This document shows, piece by piece, positions 55,364-64,000 of a DNA stretch of 64,000 bases (positions within the stretch are counted from its first letter, which is position 1; every line of letters starts with the position of its first letter). The notes beneath the pieces were generated by a model. It saw nothing but the letters and a program-made list of their open reading frames with translations. It was not told the DNA's origin and searched no databases. Made by a program: the position numbers and the translations under genes. Source of the DNA: Thraustochytrium aureum (lineage: Eukaryota); assembly GCA_012862495.1 (NCBI GenBank), contig BLSG01000314.1, positions 220,609-284,608 on the forward strand. Reading direction: 5' to 3'.

Positions 55364-57958
55364 TCAAGAGCTCACGGCTCGCAGGGCGGCCTGGACCTCT
55401 GTGAGGGTTGGCCGCTTGCCGACCTCGGCCGCCCAGCAGCTGCGAATGAGCGCGGCAAAGGAATCGAACACCTCTTGCGAACACGGAAACCGCGCGGCGT
55501 CGTAGTCAGGGACAGTCGGACGCTTTTGCTCCATGCAAACCATCCGGCCAATGTCGCTGAAAGGAAGCCCTTCAAAAGGTATGTCCCCTGTTAGGACCTC
55601 CCAGCACAAGACGCCAAACGAGAATATGTCGGACGCGGGCGAGTACTCCTCTGCAAGCATGACCTCAGGCGGCGACCACGCAGGCAACCCGACCTGCTGC
55701 TCCGCTTTAGAGAGCGCCTTCGGCACAAAATCAAACATGAACCCAGTGAGCTTGGCCGTGTACGAGCGACCCCGGTTCGCATCGTCCGTCTCTGTCCGGC
55801 GAGGGCCCGCATAGCAGAGAACCTTGGTCGTGCGCAAGTCCTTGTGAACGATTGGCTGCTCGCGAGAGTGCAGATACCGCAGCCCATTTGTCACCTCACA
55901 GAGCTCGTGCACGCGAAGAGACGGGAGCGGCGCCGAATCAATAACGTCGCGAAGCGAGCCGAACGGCGCCTCCTCCTTGACGATGGCCAAGTACGAAAAG
56001 TTGATGTAGCCGCCGAGAATGACCTCCACGTTCCGGTGCGAGAGAGCGAAGCGCACGTCCATCTCGCGCGCAAACTTGTCCATGAGGTCCTGGCGGCCGT
56101 CAATCTCCATCAGTTTAACAGACACGGACCGCGACTCAACTGGCGCTACCTGCACAGATGCCTTGTCCTGCTTGGTCCCTTTAAAGCTCGGAAAGACTAG
56201 CGAACCAGTGAGGTTTGTCGGAAAAACCAGCGAGCCGGCAAGGCTCTGCGTTTTCGCCTTTGTTGCGACAGTTGCATTGTTGTTGTGCTCCATGCTGTAG
56301 CGTTGGTTCTTGCCCAGACTTTTCTTCACAATGTCGAGGCTGAACACGTTGCTGACGGAGGAGAGCCGACGACTCCTGAACAGCTTCGACCCGCTACCTT
56401 CTGTAGAGTTGATTCGCTGCATGGTTCGCGGCTTGGACTTTGCCTGCGACTCCTCAAGTGCCGAGAGCTCGGCTTTGCGAGTTTCCCCGTACTCTCCGTA
56501 GACCAGAGTGGTGGTTGTCACAATGGCGCGCTCCTCAATCCACCAAGCCTTTGCGCCATATTTTTCCGCAAACGGGTTTCCCGATGAGCCAACGATGCTG
56601 CTGCTACCGCGACTGCGTTGGTGGGAGACAAGCCGAGAGTGTAGCATGTCTGGCGCCCCTTTGTCGAGCCAGTTTTGCTGAATGCTGACGAGCTGCTGGG
56701 CAATCGAGATGAAGGACGGTCGGGACTTTGGGTCCTGCAGCATGCATACTTGGGATATGGCCTTGATCTCTGGCGGGCATTTCGAGTCGAGCGCGGGCCG
56801 CAGCGTCCCTTCCGCAACCTTGATGCTGACCTCAAATGGTGTCATCCCCGGGTAGGGGTCGTTCAAGTTGATCACCTCGGCCATAATCACGCCAAAGCTG
56901 AACACGTCCGCCTTCTCTGTGAACTCGTACCCCTCGATCACTTCCGGCGCAGTCCACTGCGGCGTGCCCGCTCCTGTCTCGCCTCCGCCCGCGAATGGGT
57001 TAAACTTTTTCGTAGATCGGCGGAACAGCGACCCAGAGAGCGGCGAGCTCGGTGCTGAGCTAACGGCTGTTAGTCCGCTACTGACTCGGCTTCTATCCGC
57101 TGGCGCCGAGCCCGAGCCTGAGCTCCCTCCATTCCACGACTCTGGGTCCCTGCTCTGGAACGGAACACCAAGGGAAAGGTCCATGGTCCCATCCGAGAGC
57201 CGAAGTTGCGTCGGTTTCGGCGTCGACGAGGAATCCGCCCCCTTAAAGCTCCCGTTTGCCGAGCGCCGACCCGTCCGCATCATCAGCTTGTTTATTGGCG
57301 AGGCTGATGTGCGCGTCGACGTCTTGGCCGTCTCGAAGAAGTCCGTGCTTTTGCGAATGAGCTGCCGCTTGCGCGAGCCTGGCTTGAGCGAGATCATCCC
57401 AAAGTCGGCCACCTTGCAGTTGTTGTGCTGGCTGAGCAGCAGGTTGGGACTTTTGAGGTCATGATGCAACATCCCGATCTCGTGAAGGTATCCCATGCCC
57501 TGGCACGCGTCGATCAGGATTTGAATTCTGTCCTGCCACGGAACCTGCGACGCCAGCTCCGGCGAGACCTCAATCACGCTGTCCTTGGCCGCCTGCGACG
57601 TGCTCGAGTACTGAGACGAATTGCTCGGAAGGTCGAGGCGCCCCCTCAGCGCGACGATAAAGTCGTACAGCGAGCACTTTAGCAGCTCGGTCACTATCGC
57701 CAGTTTGGGCTTCTCGAAGCACGCCCCCATAAACAGGACAATATTTGGGTGGCGCAGCTCGTGCAAGATTGCCACCTCCAGGATGAACGCTGTCACGTGC
57801 ACCCCTTTGAACTTTTCCTCGTCGAACACTTTGACCGCGACGTCCTTGCTGTGCCACTTGGCCTTGTACACAGCCCCGAAAGCGCCTTCGCCAAGTTTTT
57901 CTGCAGCGTCAGGTCGTCGAACCTTACCTTCCACGAGTTTGAGGGGCCAAGCAGGTAG
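55364..57958 (-). CDS. Tandem TKL kinase + pseudokinase; 5' end in gap; frameshift at the T-run 57896-57900
   Basis: WKVRFDDLTLQK(K)LGEGAFGAVY, VAVK, HHDLKSPN, DFG, GTPQWTAPE; second domain SVSVK, HKDLRTTKVL, KLTGF, PAWSPPE. Confidence 0.9.
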   Translation of the reverse strand, partial: LPAWPLKLVEGKVRRPDAAEKLGEGAFGAVYKAKWHSKDVAVKVFDEEKFKGVHVTAFILEVAILHELRHPNIVLFMGACFEKPKLAIVTELLKCSLYDFIVALRGRLDLPSNSSQYSSTSQAAKDSVIEVSPELASQVPWQDRIQILIDACQGMGYLHEIGMLHHDLKSPNLLLSQHNNCKVADFGMISLKPGSRKRQLIRKSTDFFETAKTSTRTSASPINKLMMRTGRRSANGSFKGADSSSTPKPTQLRLSDGTMDLSLGVPFQSRDPESWNGGSSGSGSAPADRSRVSSGLTAVSSAPSSPLSGSLFRRSTKKFNPFAGGGETGAGTPQWTAPEVIEGYEFTEKADVFSFGVIMAEVINLNDPYPGMTPFEVSIKVAEGTLRPALDSKCPPEIKAISQVCMLQDPKSRPSFISIAQQLVSIQQNWLDKGAPDMLHSRLVSHQRSRGSSSIVGSSGNPFAEKYGAKAWWIEERAIVTTTTLVYGEYGETRKAELSALEESQAKSKPRTMQRINSTEGSGSKLFRSRRLSSVSNVFSLDIVKKSLGKNQRYSMEHNNNATVATKAKTQSLAGSLVFPTNLTGSLVFPSFKGTKQDKASVQVAPVESRSVSVKLMEIDGRQDLMDKFAREMDVRFALSHRNVEVILGGYINFSYLAIVKEEAPFGSLRDVIDSAPLPSLRVHELCEVTNGLRYLHSREQPIVHKDLRTTKVLCYAGPRRTETDDANRGRSYTAKLTGFMFDFVPKALSKAEQQVGLPAWSPPEVMLAEEYSPASDIFSFGVLCWEVLTGDIPFEGLPFSDIGRMVCMEQKRPTVPDYDAARFPCSQEVFDSFAALIRSCWAAEVGKRPTLTEVQAALRAVSS

Positions 57959-59045
57959 NNNNNNNNNNNNNNNNNNNNNNNNNNNNNNNNNNNNNNNNNN
58001 NNNNNNNNNNNNNNNNNNNNNNNNNNNNNNNNNNNNNNNNNNNNNNNNNNNNNNNNNNNNNNNNNNNNNNNNNNNNNNNNNNNNNNNNNNNNNNNNNNNN
58101 NNNNNNNNNNNNNNNNNNNNNNNNNNNNNNNNNNNNNNNNNNNNNNNNNNNNNNNNNNNNNNNNNNNNNNNNNNNNNNNNNNNNNNNNNNNNNNNNNNNN
58201 NNNNNNNNNNNNNNNNNNNNNNNNNNNNNNNNNNNNNNNNNNNNNNNNNNNNNNNNNNNNNNNNNNNNNNNNNNNNNNNNNNNNNNNNNNNNNNNNNNNN
58301 NNNNNNNNNNNNNNNNNNNNNNNNNNNNNNNNNNNNNNNNNNNNNNNNNNNNNNNNNNNNNNNNNNNNNNNNNNNNNNNNNNNNNNNNNNNNNNNNNNNN
58401 NNNNTCCTTCGACATCGCTGCGTCGCTCCACGGCGTTCAAGAACAACTACAGAACGTGCAGGCTCGAGTCAGCGCGCAGAGCTCCGGACGCTACAGGCGC
58501 CGTGCCTTGTCCAGCTGGCCAGGACGGCTAAAGTTCCGTTTGCACATCCATCCAATTCAGGAGCGCGCGGCGGTTGGTGAGTTACAAGCTTGAGCTTGCG
58601 AATGGCCCGCTCGTCTAACGCAGGGCCAGGGGGGAGGCGCTGTGCCCTAACAGTTCGAATCCTCGCAGGAGAAAGCCCTTAATTAACGCCGCGCGGCGCG
58701 CGTAGCGACCGCAACGCCGCCGTCGAGCAGTGCAAGCGCGCCTCGACCGTCTCCCGCGGTCATCTGCCGCGATGAGGGCTCACCATGAGGCATTCTGGAT
58801 GGAGCATTTCTATGTTCACTGAAAGAATAGCTCTTTGTTCATGCGCGAGATAGCCGAGCCCGAGACGAGCAGACGCCATTCTTGGGCTTTCGTCTTCGTG
58901 GTGCGAGCCACGCTAGAGCCACCGCCGCCGTGCCTCCAGGCTTTCGCCTCCGTGGTACGAGCCACGCAGAGGTCCTGAAGAGGCCGCCCGTCGAGCCAGT
59001 GGCGGGATTCTGCGAGCGGCTGAAGCGCGTGGACTAGACGACGAC

Positions 59046-61229
59046 ATGGACGCGGCGACGGCCACGCCCGCTGGCGCAAACGCTCGCGAGGATGCAGAAA
59101 AGCTGAAAATGATGATAAAAGAGCGGATCGCAGCCCTGGGCGACCGTGTTGCAACGGGCCTCGGCTCCAGCGACGAAATCCAGGAGCAGCTCGAGGAGGA
59201 GAAGAGCAAGTTGCGCCAAGTCTACGCCAAGCTCGAAGGCTGGAGCGATGGGTTTCGTGCGAATGTCGGAGAGGACCGCGAGCTGCAAGAGCAAGCGTCT
59301 GCGATATTCGCCGAGACCCGCGGTCTCCTCGACGACCTCGCCGGCCACCCGGGCGCCGTCGCGCTCGTGAAGCGAGCGAGGTCGTTCCTGGAGAATGAGC
59401 AGGACTCTGCGCAGCTCATGAGCAAGCTGGAAGCGAGACTAGAGGCAAACCGCGACGTGCTGGGCGGGCTCCTCAGCAAGGCGCCGGGCCTGATCGAAAA
59501 GCTAAACCAAGGCGTGGCAAACGTCAACCAGAAGGACGGGCAGCAGCTCACGCTTCAAGACTGGCTCAAACGGGTCCAAGAAGCAAGCGGTGGCGTCATC
59601 AGCGTCAAAGGCGACAAGGTCCTCGTCAACGGCGAGGAGGACGCCCAACTGAAGGACCTTCTCCAGCACAAGGCGGATGAAGTGCTCCTCCCACTGGTGA
59701 AAACCAAGGCAGGGATGGTCGCAGAAAAGCTTCGCACGATTCGATCCGAGGGCCAGGGATTAGAACTATTCTCGCGCGGCATCGAGATGCTCGCAGAAAA
59801 AGAGCGGCAAGGCGCCCTCAAGCTTGACCCAAACCTCTCTGCGGACGACATGCTGGACTGGGGCGAGCGGCTCGTTCGCGACGCAGAAGCGCGCAGCCGC
59901 CTTGTTGACAAGGTCAAGGACACGGTCCTGGACTTTCTCATCTCCTACCTCCCCAACGTGGCCATTCCACCGATTNNNNNNNNNNNNNNNNNNNNNNNNN
60001 NNNNNNNNNNNNNNNNNNNNNNNNNNNNNNNNNNNNNNNNNNNNNNNNNNNNNNNNNNNNNNNNNNNNNNNNNNNNNNNNNNNNNNNNNNNNNNNNNNNN
60101 NNNNNNNNNNNNNNNNNNNNNNNNNNNNNNNNNNNNNNNNNNNNNNNNNNNNNNNNNNNNNNNNNNNNNNNNNNNNNNNNNNNNNNNNNNNNNNNNNNNN
60201 NNNNNNNNNNNNNNNNNNNNNNNNNNNNNNNNNNNNNNNNNNNNNNNNNNNNNNNNNNNNNNNNNNNNNNNNNNNNNNNNNNNNNNNNNNNNNNNNNNNN
60301 NNNNNNNNNNNNNNNNNNNNNNNNNNNNNNNNNNNNNNNNNNNNNNNNNNNNNNNNNNNNNNNNNNNNNNNNNNNNNNNNNNNNNNNNNNNNNNNNNNNN
60401 NNNNNNNNNNNNNNNNNNNNNNNNNNNNNNNNNNNNNNNNNNNNNNNNNNNNNNNNNNNNNNNNNNNNNNNNNNNNNNNNNNNNNNNNNNNNNNNNNNNN
60501 NNNNNNNNNNNNNNNNNNNNNNNNNNNNNNNNNNNNNNNNNNNNNNNNNNNNNNNNNNNNNNNNNNNNNNNNNNNNNNNNNNNNNNNNNNNNNNNNNNNN
60601 NNNNNNNNNNNNNNNNNNNNNNNNNNNNNNNNNNNNNNNNNNNNNNNNNNNNNNNNNNNNNNNNNNNNNNNNNNNNNNNNNNNNNNNNNNNNNNNNNNNN
60701 NNNNNNNNNNNNNNNNNNNNNNNNNNNNNNNNNNNNNNNNNNNNNNNNNNNNNNNNNNNNNNNNNNNNNNNNNNNNNNNNNNNNNNNNNNNNNNNNNNNN
60801 NNNNNNNNNNNNNNNNNNNNNNNNNNNNNNNNNNNNNNNNNNNNNNNNNNNNNNNNNNNNNNNNNNNNNNNNNNNNNNNNNNNNNNNNNNNNNNNNNNNN
60901 NNNNNNNNNNNNNNNNNNNNNNNNNNNNNNNNNNNNNNNNNNNNNNNNNNNNNNNNNNNNNNNNNNNNNNCATGGTCATGTTTCGCTCCCCTGAAAACAA
61001 CGTTGCGTTCAAGGCGTTCAAGGCGTTCCCTGGCCCTGCAAAAGCGAGCGGCAAGGTCAGGGTGGGCAACGTTTTAGTCTCCATCAACGGGGAGGCGCCG
61101 CCTTTGTCGGAGGACGACGTGCACGCCCTGCTTGGCAGCGCTCCTGTCCCTCTTGTCCTCGTCGTGCGCGACATGGACATTTTCGAGACCGCTGTTGGCG
61201 CAGTGGTGCCTCTGTGCGATCGCCCGTAG
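59046..61229 (+). CDS. Coiled-coil protein with a C-terminal PDZ-like domain; gap 59976-60970
   Basis: Helical N-terminus ending YLPNVAIPPI; after the gap GPAKASGKVRVGNVLVSING...PVPLVLVVRD (PDZ-like); the join across the gap is inferred. Confidence 0.65.
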   Translation: MDAATATPAGANAREDAEKLKMMIKERIAALGDRVATGLGSSDEIQEQLEEEKSKLRQVYAKLEGWSDGFRANVGEDRELQEQASAIFAETRGLLDDLAGHPGAVALVKRARSFLENEQDSAQLMSKLEARLEANRDVLGGLLSKAPGLIEKLNQGVANVNQKDGQQLTLQDWLKRVQEASGGVISVKGDKVLVNGEEDAQLKDLLQHKADEVLLPLVKTKAGMVAEKLRTIRSEGQGLELFSRGIEMLAEKERQGALKLDPNLSADDMLDWGERLVRDAEARSRLVDKVKDTVLDFLISYLPNVAIPPIXXXXXXXXXXXXXXXXXXXXXXXXXXXXXXXXXXXXXXXXXXXXXXXXXXXXXXXXXXXXXXXXXXXXXXXXXXXXXXXXXXXXXXXXXXXXXXXXXXXXXXXXXXXXXXXXXXXXXXXXXXXXXXXXXXXXXXXXXXXXXXXXXXXXXXXXXXXXXXXXXXXXXXXXXXXXXXXXXXXXXXXXXXXXXXXXXXXXXXXXXXXXXXXXXXXXXXXXXXXXXXXXXXXXXXXXXXXXXXXXXXXXXXXXXXXXXXXXXXXXXXXXXXXXXXXXXXXXXXXXXXXXXXXXXXXXXXXXXXXXXXXXXXXXXXXXXXXXXXXXXXXXXXXXXXXXMVMFRSPENNVAFKAFKAFPGPAKASGKVRVGNVLVSINGEAPPLSEDDVHALLGSAPVPLVLVVRDMDIFETAVGAVVPLCDRP

Positions 61230-61603
61230 TGCACCAAAGTTGCGGCGGGGGAAGAGGAGCGGTGCTAAACTCGCCATTGCTCGCACCGTTCGCCGCGCGT
61301 TGCGCGTTGGATATTGACCAGCATGTGACAAGCTAGCTGGCTGAGGCCAACCTGCGACACTGCTCGTTTGTTCGAGGCGCCTCGTCCAGCTGGAGATTGA
61401 AAGCAAAGCATAGGCCTATAACATTGTATCACACTCTCCAACGAAAGAAAGGAAAGAAAAACGAGGGCACCTCCGCCCAGCGACGCAGGCTTGCACGCGG
61501 CTGAACAAGGCAGTGCCCGAAAGCATCGCGCTCGATCGGGGTGGGCCGCCTCACGGATGTAGCGTTCTTGCAAGTTTGCCTCTCCTGAGATCAAACCTGA
61601 CAG

Positions 61604-64000
61604 TTAGGCGGTGGAAGACCCGCGCTTGGCGAGCGCGCGCGCCAGCTCATTCGAGGCCCCGCCGGTGCCAGGCATTTGCTTCTGCTTGGCGAGAAGGTCG
61701 TCGATCTTCTGGGATTTTTGGGCGCGCTGCTTTGCCTTGAGCTGGCAAAGCTCCGCGAGCGAGTTCCCTATGGGCGACACTGGCAGGCCAGCAGCGCCGC
61801 GGGCTGCAGAGCCGGGCCCGCTAGGCTTTTGCCGAGGAGAGGCCGTATCGGTGTCAGTCTGCACGCGGGGAGACGGCGCCGCAGGCGTTCCAACCTTGCG
61901 AAGCTTGGCGCCGGCTGTGATTTCCCCTAGCAGTCCGCCAAATGAGGGGCGGCCGGCTGGAGGCGACATCGTCGAAGTACTCTCTTGAGCAACACCAGCG
62001 GCCTCTGAAACCACACTTGGAACGGCTGACACATCCGCAGAGCTCGAAATGCTTTGCAGCGCCTCCAGCGCGGCGCACTGACGTTTGGCCTCGTCGAGCT
62101 CGCGCCTTGTTGACGCGAGCTGGGCCTGCAACTCAGCCACCTTGGCTTCAAGTCCAGATGGGTCTGCACTGCGGGCAGCAGGGCTCTGCGGCGGCGTGCG
62201 AGCCGCGCCATCAAGACGGGCCCGTAGAGCATCGCGATCAGCATTTGCCGCCGCGAGCTCGCTCTGAAGCTTTTTGGTTGCGTCCTCGGCGTACAGCAGC
62301 CGGCGCTGCACGTTTTCAAGCTGGGATGCCGCCCTGGCCTCTGATGCAGACAACTCTGCGCTTGCCGCATCGAGCTGTGCTTTGAGGATTGACGCAGGGT
62401 CGCTGCTCGCCGCCTCGCCGCCAGCCGTTGGCGTGACGAGGCCCAGCGTTTTGGCGCTCGCCTCCAAGAACGCTTTTTCCTTGGCGGCGAGATCAAGCGC
62501 TTCCTTGAGCTGGCCTTGAAGCGTCTCGTTGCGCTTGCGCTCTTCCTGCAGCGCTTTGCTAGCCGCGGTCGCGTCGCTGTCCTTGGCGAGTGTGGCATCC
62601 TCACGCAGCCGGCTCACCTTGGACCACGCATCTGCTAGCTCTGCTTCGCGCTCCGTGAGTGCGCCGACGGTTCCGACCATCTTTTCGGTGAGCTCGGCGA
62701 GCTTTGTTTGGGCCTCTTCGCAGTCGCGCAAGGCCATGTCGCGCTCACTCCGGAGGTCGATTAGCTGCTCAGCGGCCGAGCCGCCCTTGAAGATGAGGTC
62801 CTCGACCTGGGCTTCAAGCGCCTCCTTGTCCCGGTCAGCGGCATCGAGGGCCCTTTTCGTAGCGGCCAGCTGTTCTTCCATCGCGGCGGCCTTGCCGTCC
62901 GCCTGCTTGGCGCGGGTCTCGGCTGCGGCGAGTGCGCTCTGCGTCTCGTTCGCGGCGGCCTGCGCTTCGCGCAGCTGGTTCTCGGTGGCCGCTAGCTTGG
63001 TGGTTGCTTCGGCGAGGCGCGCACTAGTTTTGTCGCCGCCATCCTCCAGCTTGCGCGCGCTGCTTGCCTGGGCCTGCTCGAGCACGGCGATCTGCGCCCG
63101 CAAAGAGNNNNNNNNNNNNNNNNNNNNNNNNNNNNNNNNNNNNNNNNNNNNNNNNNNNNNNNNNNNNNNNNNNNNNNNNNNNNNNNNNNNNNNNNNNNNN
63201 NNNNNNNNNNNNNNNNNNNNNNNNNNNNNNNNNNNNNNNNNNNNNNNNNNNNNNNNNNNNNNNNNNNNNNNNNNNNNNNNNNNNNNNNNNNNNNNNNNNN
63301 NNNNNNNNNNNNNNNNNNNNNNNNNNNNNNNNNNNNNNNNNNNNNNNNNNNNNNNNNNNNNNNNNNNNNNNNNNNNNNNNNNNNNNNNNNNNNNNNNNNN
63401 NNNNCGAAGCGCGCTGTTCGCCAGCTGGACGTCGCGCTGCAGGTCGTGCACTTTGGCTCGGAGTCCTTCTAGTTCTTTCGTCGTAGCTCGGCTCGTGGTC
63501 GCAGCGGCAGCAGAGGACTCGCCTTTGCGCAATGCGTTCGCTACCGCACTTGCTGGGGTCGTGGCGGGCACGGGGGGGCGCTGCCCGCGAGCAAAGGCAG
63601 CGAACTTTGCTGCCGGTAGCCCGCCACTGGTCGGTGCGGCAGTTGCGGGCGTCTTTGGCTGCGACCCAAGCGACCCTCCCGAAGCTGACGACTTGCCCGA
63701 ACCCAAGCCGCCAGCTGTGCCGGGCGGGCAAGCTTGGGAGCCCAGCGCATGGGCGCCTTTTCCGGAGCCAGGGGGGCTCGGCGTCTCGAAAACGTCGGCC
63801 CCGACAGGCTCGCTCGACCCGTCGCTCTTGCACCAGATTGTCGTCCCGTCCGGATTGCGCTGGTATCGCTCGCCTTTCTGATCCACGCGGATCTCAGTCC
63901 CGTCGGGGAAGGTTTGGAGTCGCGATCCGTCCGCGTAAATTCGAATGATGACGCCGTTCGGAGATGTCTGCGTGCGACTTCCGTCTTTGTGCACTTGAAG
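61604..64000 (-). CDS. Protein with Tcp10/G-box-like beta repeats, a long coiled coil and a WH2-like motif; 5' end outside the window
   Basis: DGSRTQTSPNG..YADGS..FPDGT..NPDGT repeats; heptad region; GLLGEITAGAKLRKV. Confidence 0.75.
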   Translation of the reverse strand, partial: LQVHKDGSRTQTSPNGVIIRIYADGSRLQTFPDGTEIRVDQKGERYQRNPDGTTIWCKSDGSSEPVGADVFETPSPPGSGKGAHALGSQACPPGTAGGLGSGKSSASGGSLGSQPKTPATAAPTSGGLPAAKFAAFARGQRPPVPATTPASAVANALRKGESSAAAATTSRATTKELEGLRAKVHDLQRDVQLANSALXXXXXXXXXXXXXXXXXXXXXXXXXXXXXXXXXXXXXXXXXXXXXXXXXXXXXXXXXXXXXXXXXXXXXXXXXXXXXXXXXXXXXXXXXXXXXXXXXXXXSLRAQIAVLEQAQASSARKLEDGGDKTSARLAEATTKLAATENQLREAQAAANETQSALAAAETRAKQADGKAAAMEEQLAATKRALDAADRDKEALEAQVEDLIFKGGSAAEQLIDLRSERDMALRDCEEAQTKLAELTEKMVGTVGALTEREAELADAWSKVSRLREDATLAKDSDATAASKALQEERKRNETLQGQLKEALDLAAKEKAFLEASAKTLGLVTPTAGGEAASSDPASILKAQLDAASAELSASEARAASQLENVQRRLLYAEDATKKLQSELAAANADRDALRARLDGAARTPPQSPAARSADPSGLEAKVAELQAQLASTRRELDEAKRQCAALEALQSISSSADVSAVPSVVSEAAGVAQESTSTMSPPAGRPSFGGLLGEITAGAKLRKVGTPAAPSPRVQTDTDTASPRQKPSGPGSAARGAAGLPVSPIGNSLAELCQLKAKQRAQKSQKIDDLLAKQKQMPGTGGASNELARALAKRGSSTA

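Noticed and set aside
58604..58670. tRNA-like sequence (tcgtctaacg ... gttcgaatc)
   Set aside because: The T-stem arms (aacag/cctcg) and acceptor ends do not pair; no cloverleaf can be built

Overview
GC-rich, gene-dense, intron-poor eukaryotic draft scaffold with eight N-gaps. Kinesin-2, TRAPPC9, Cwc2, a DYRK kinase and a GT-AG intron show it is eukaryotic; the overall style suggests a flagellated protist, possibly a labyrinthulomycete/thraustochytrid (inference only). About 25 protein genes are present, mostly housekeeping: PP5-like phosphatase, adenylosuccinate synthetase, Cwc2, TRAPPC9, kinesin-2, malic enzyme, GalE, COA7-like, ABCG and kinases. At least seven genes carry single-base frameshifts, mostly in homopolymer runs, which are probably assembly errors. 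Highlights: (1) a head-to-head pair of secreted proteins that both begin with His after the signal peptide (LPMO-like histidine brace) and are predicted to be membrane anchored, one with a CBM1 (41-46 kb); (2) a TM-basic-NPRY cytoplasmic tail shared between one of these and a membrane-anchored M6 metalloprotease, suggesting a surface digestive-enzyme system with a common sorting signal; (3) a ~4.2 kb Sola-like DNA transposon with ~245 bp TIRs and a Cys-rich transposase N-terminus hidden behind a G9 frameshift; (4) a JmjC-cupin/mini-SET fusion; (5) a structured 78-bp tandem array between convergent genes. All family assignments come from motif recognition by eye; no searches were run.
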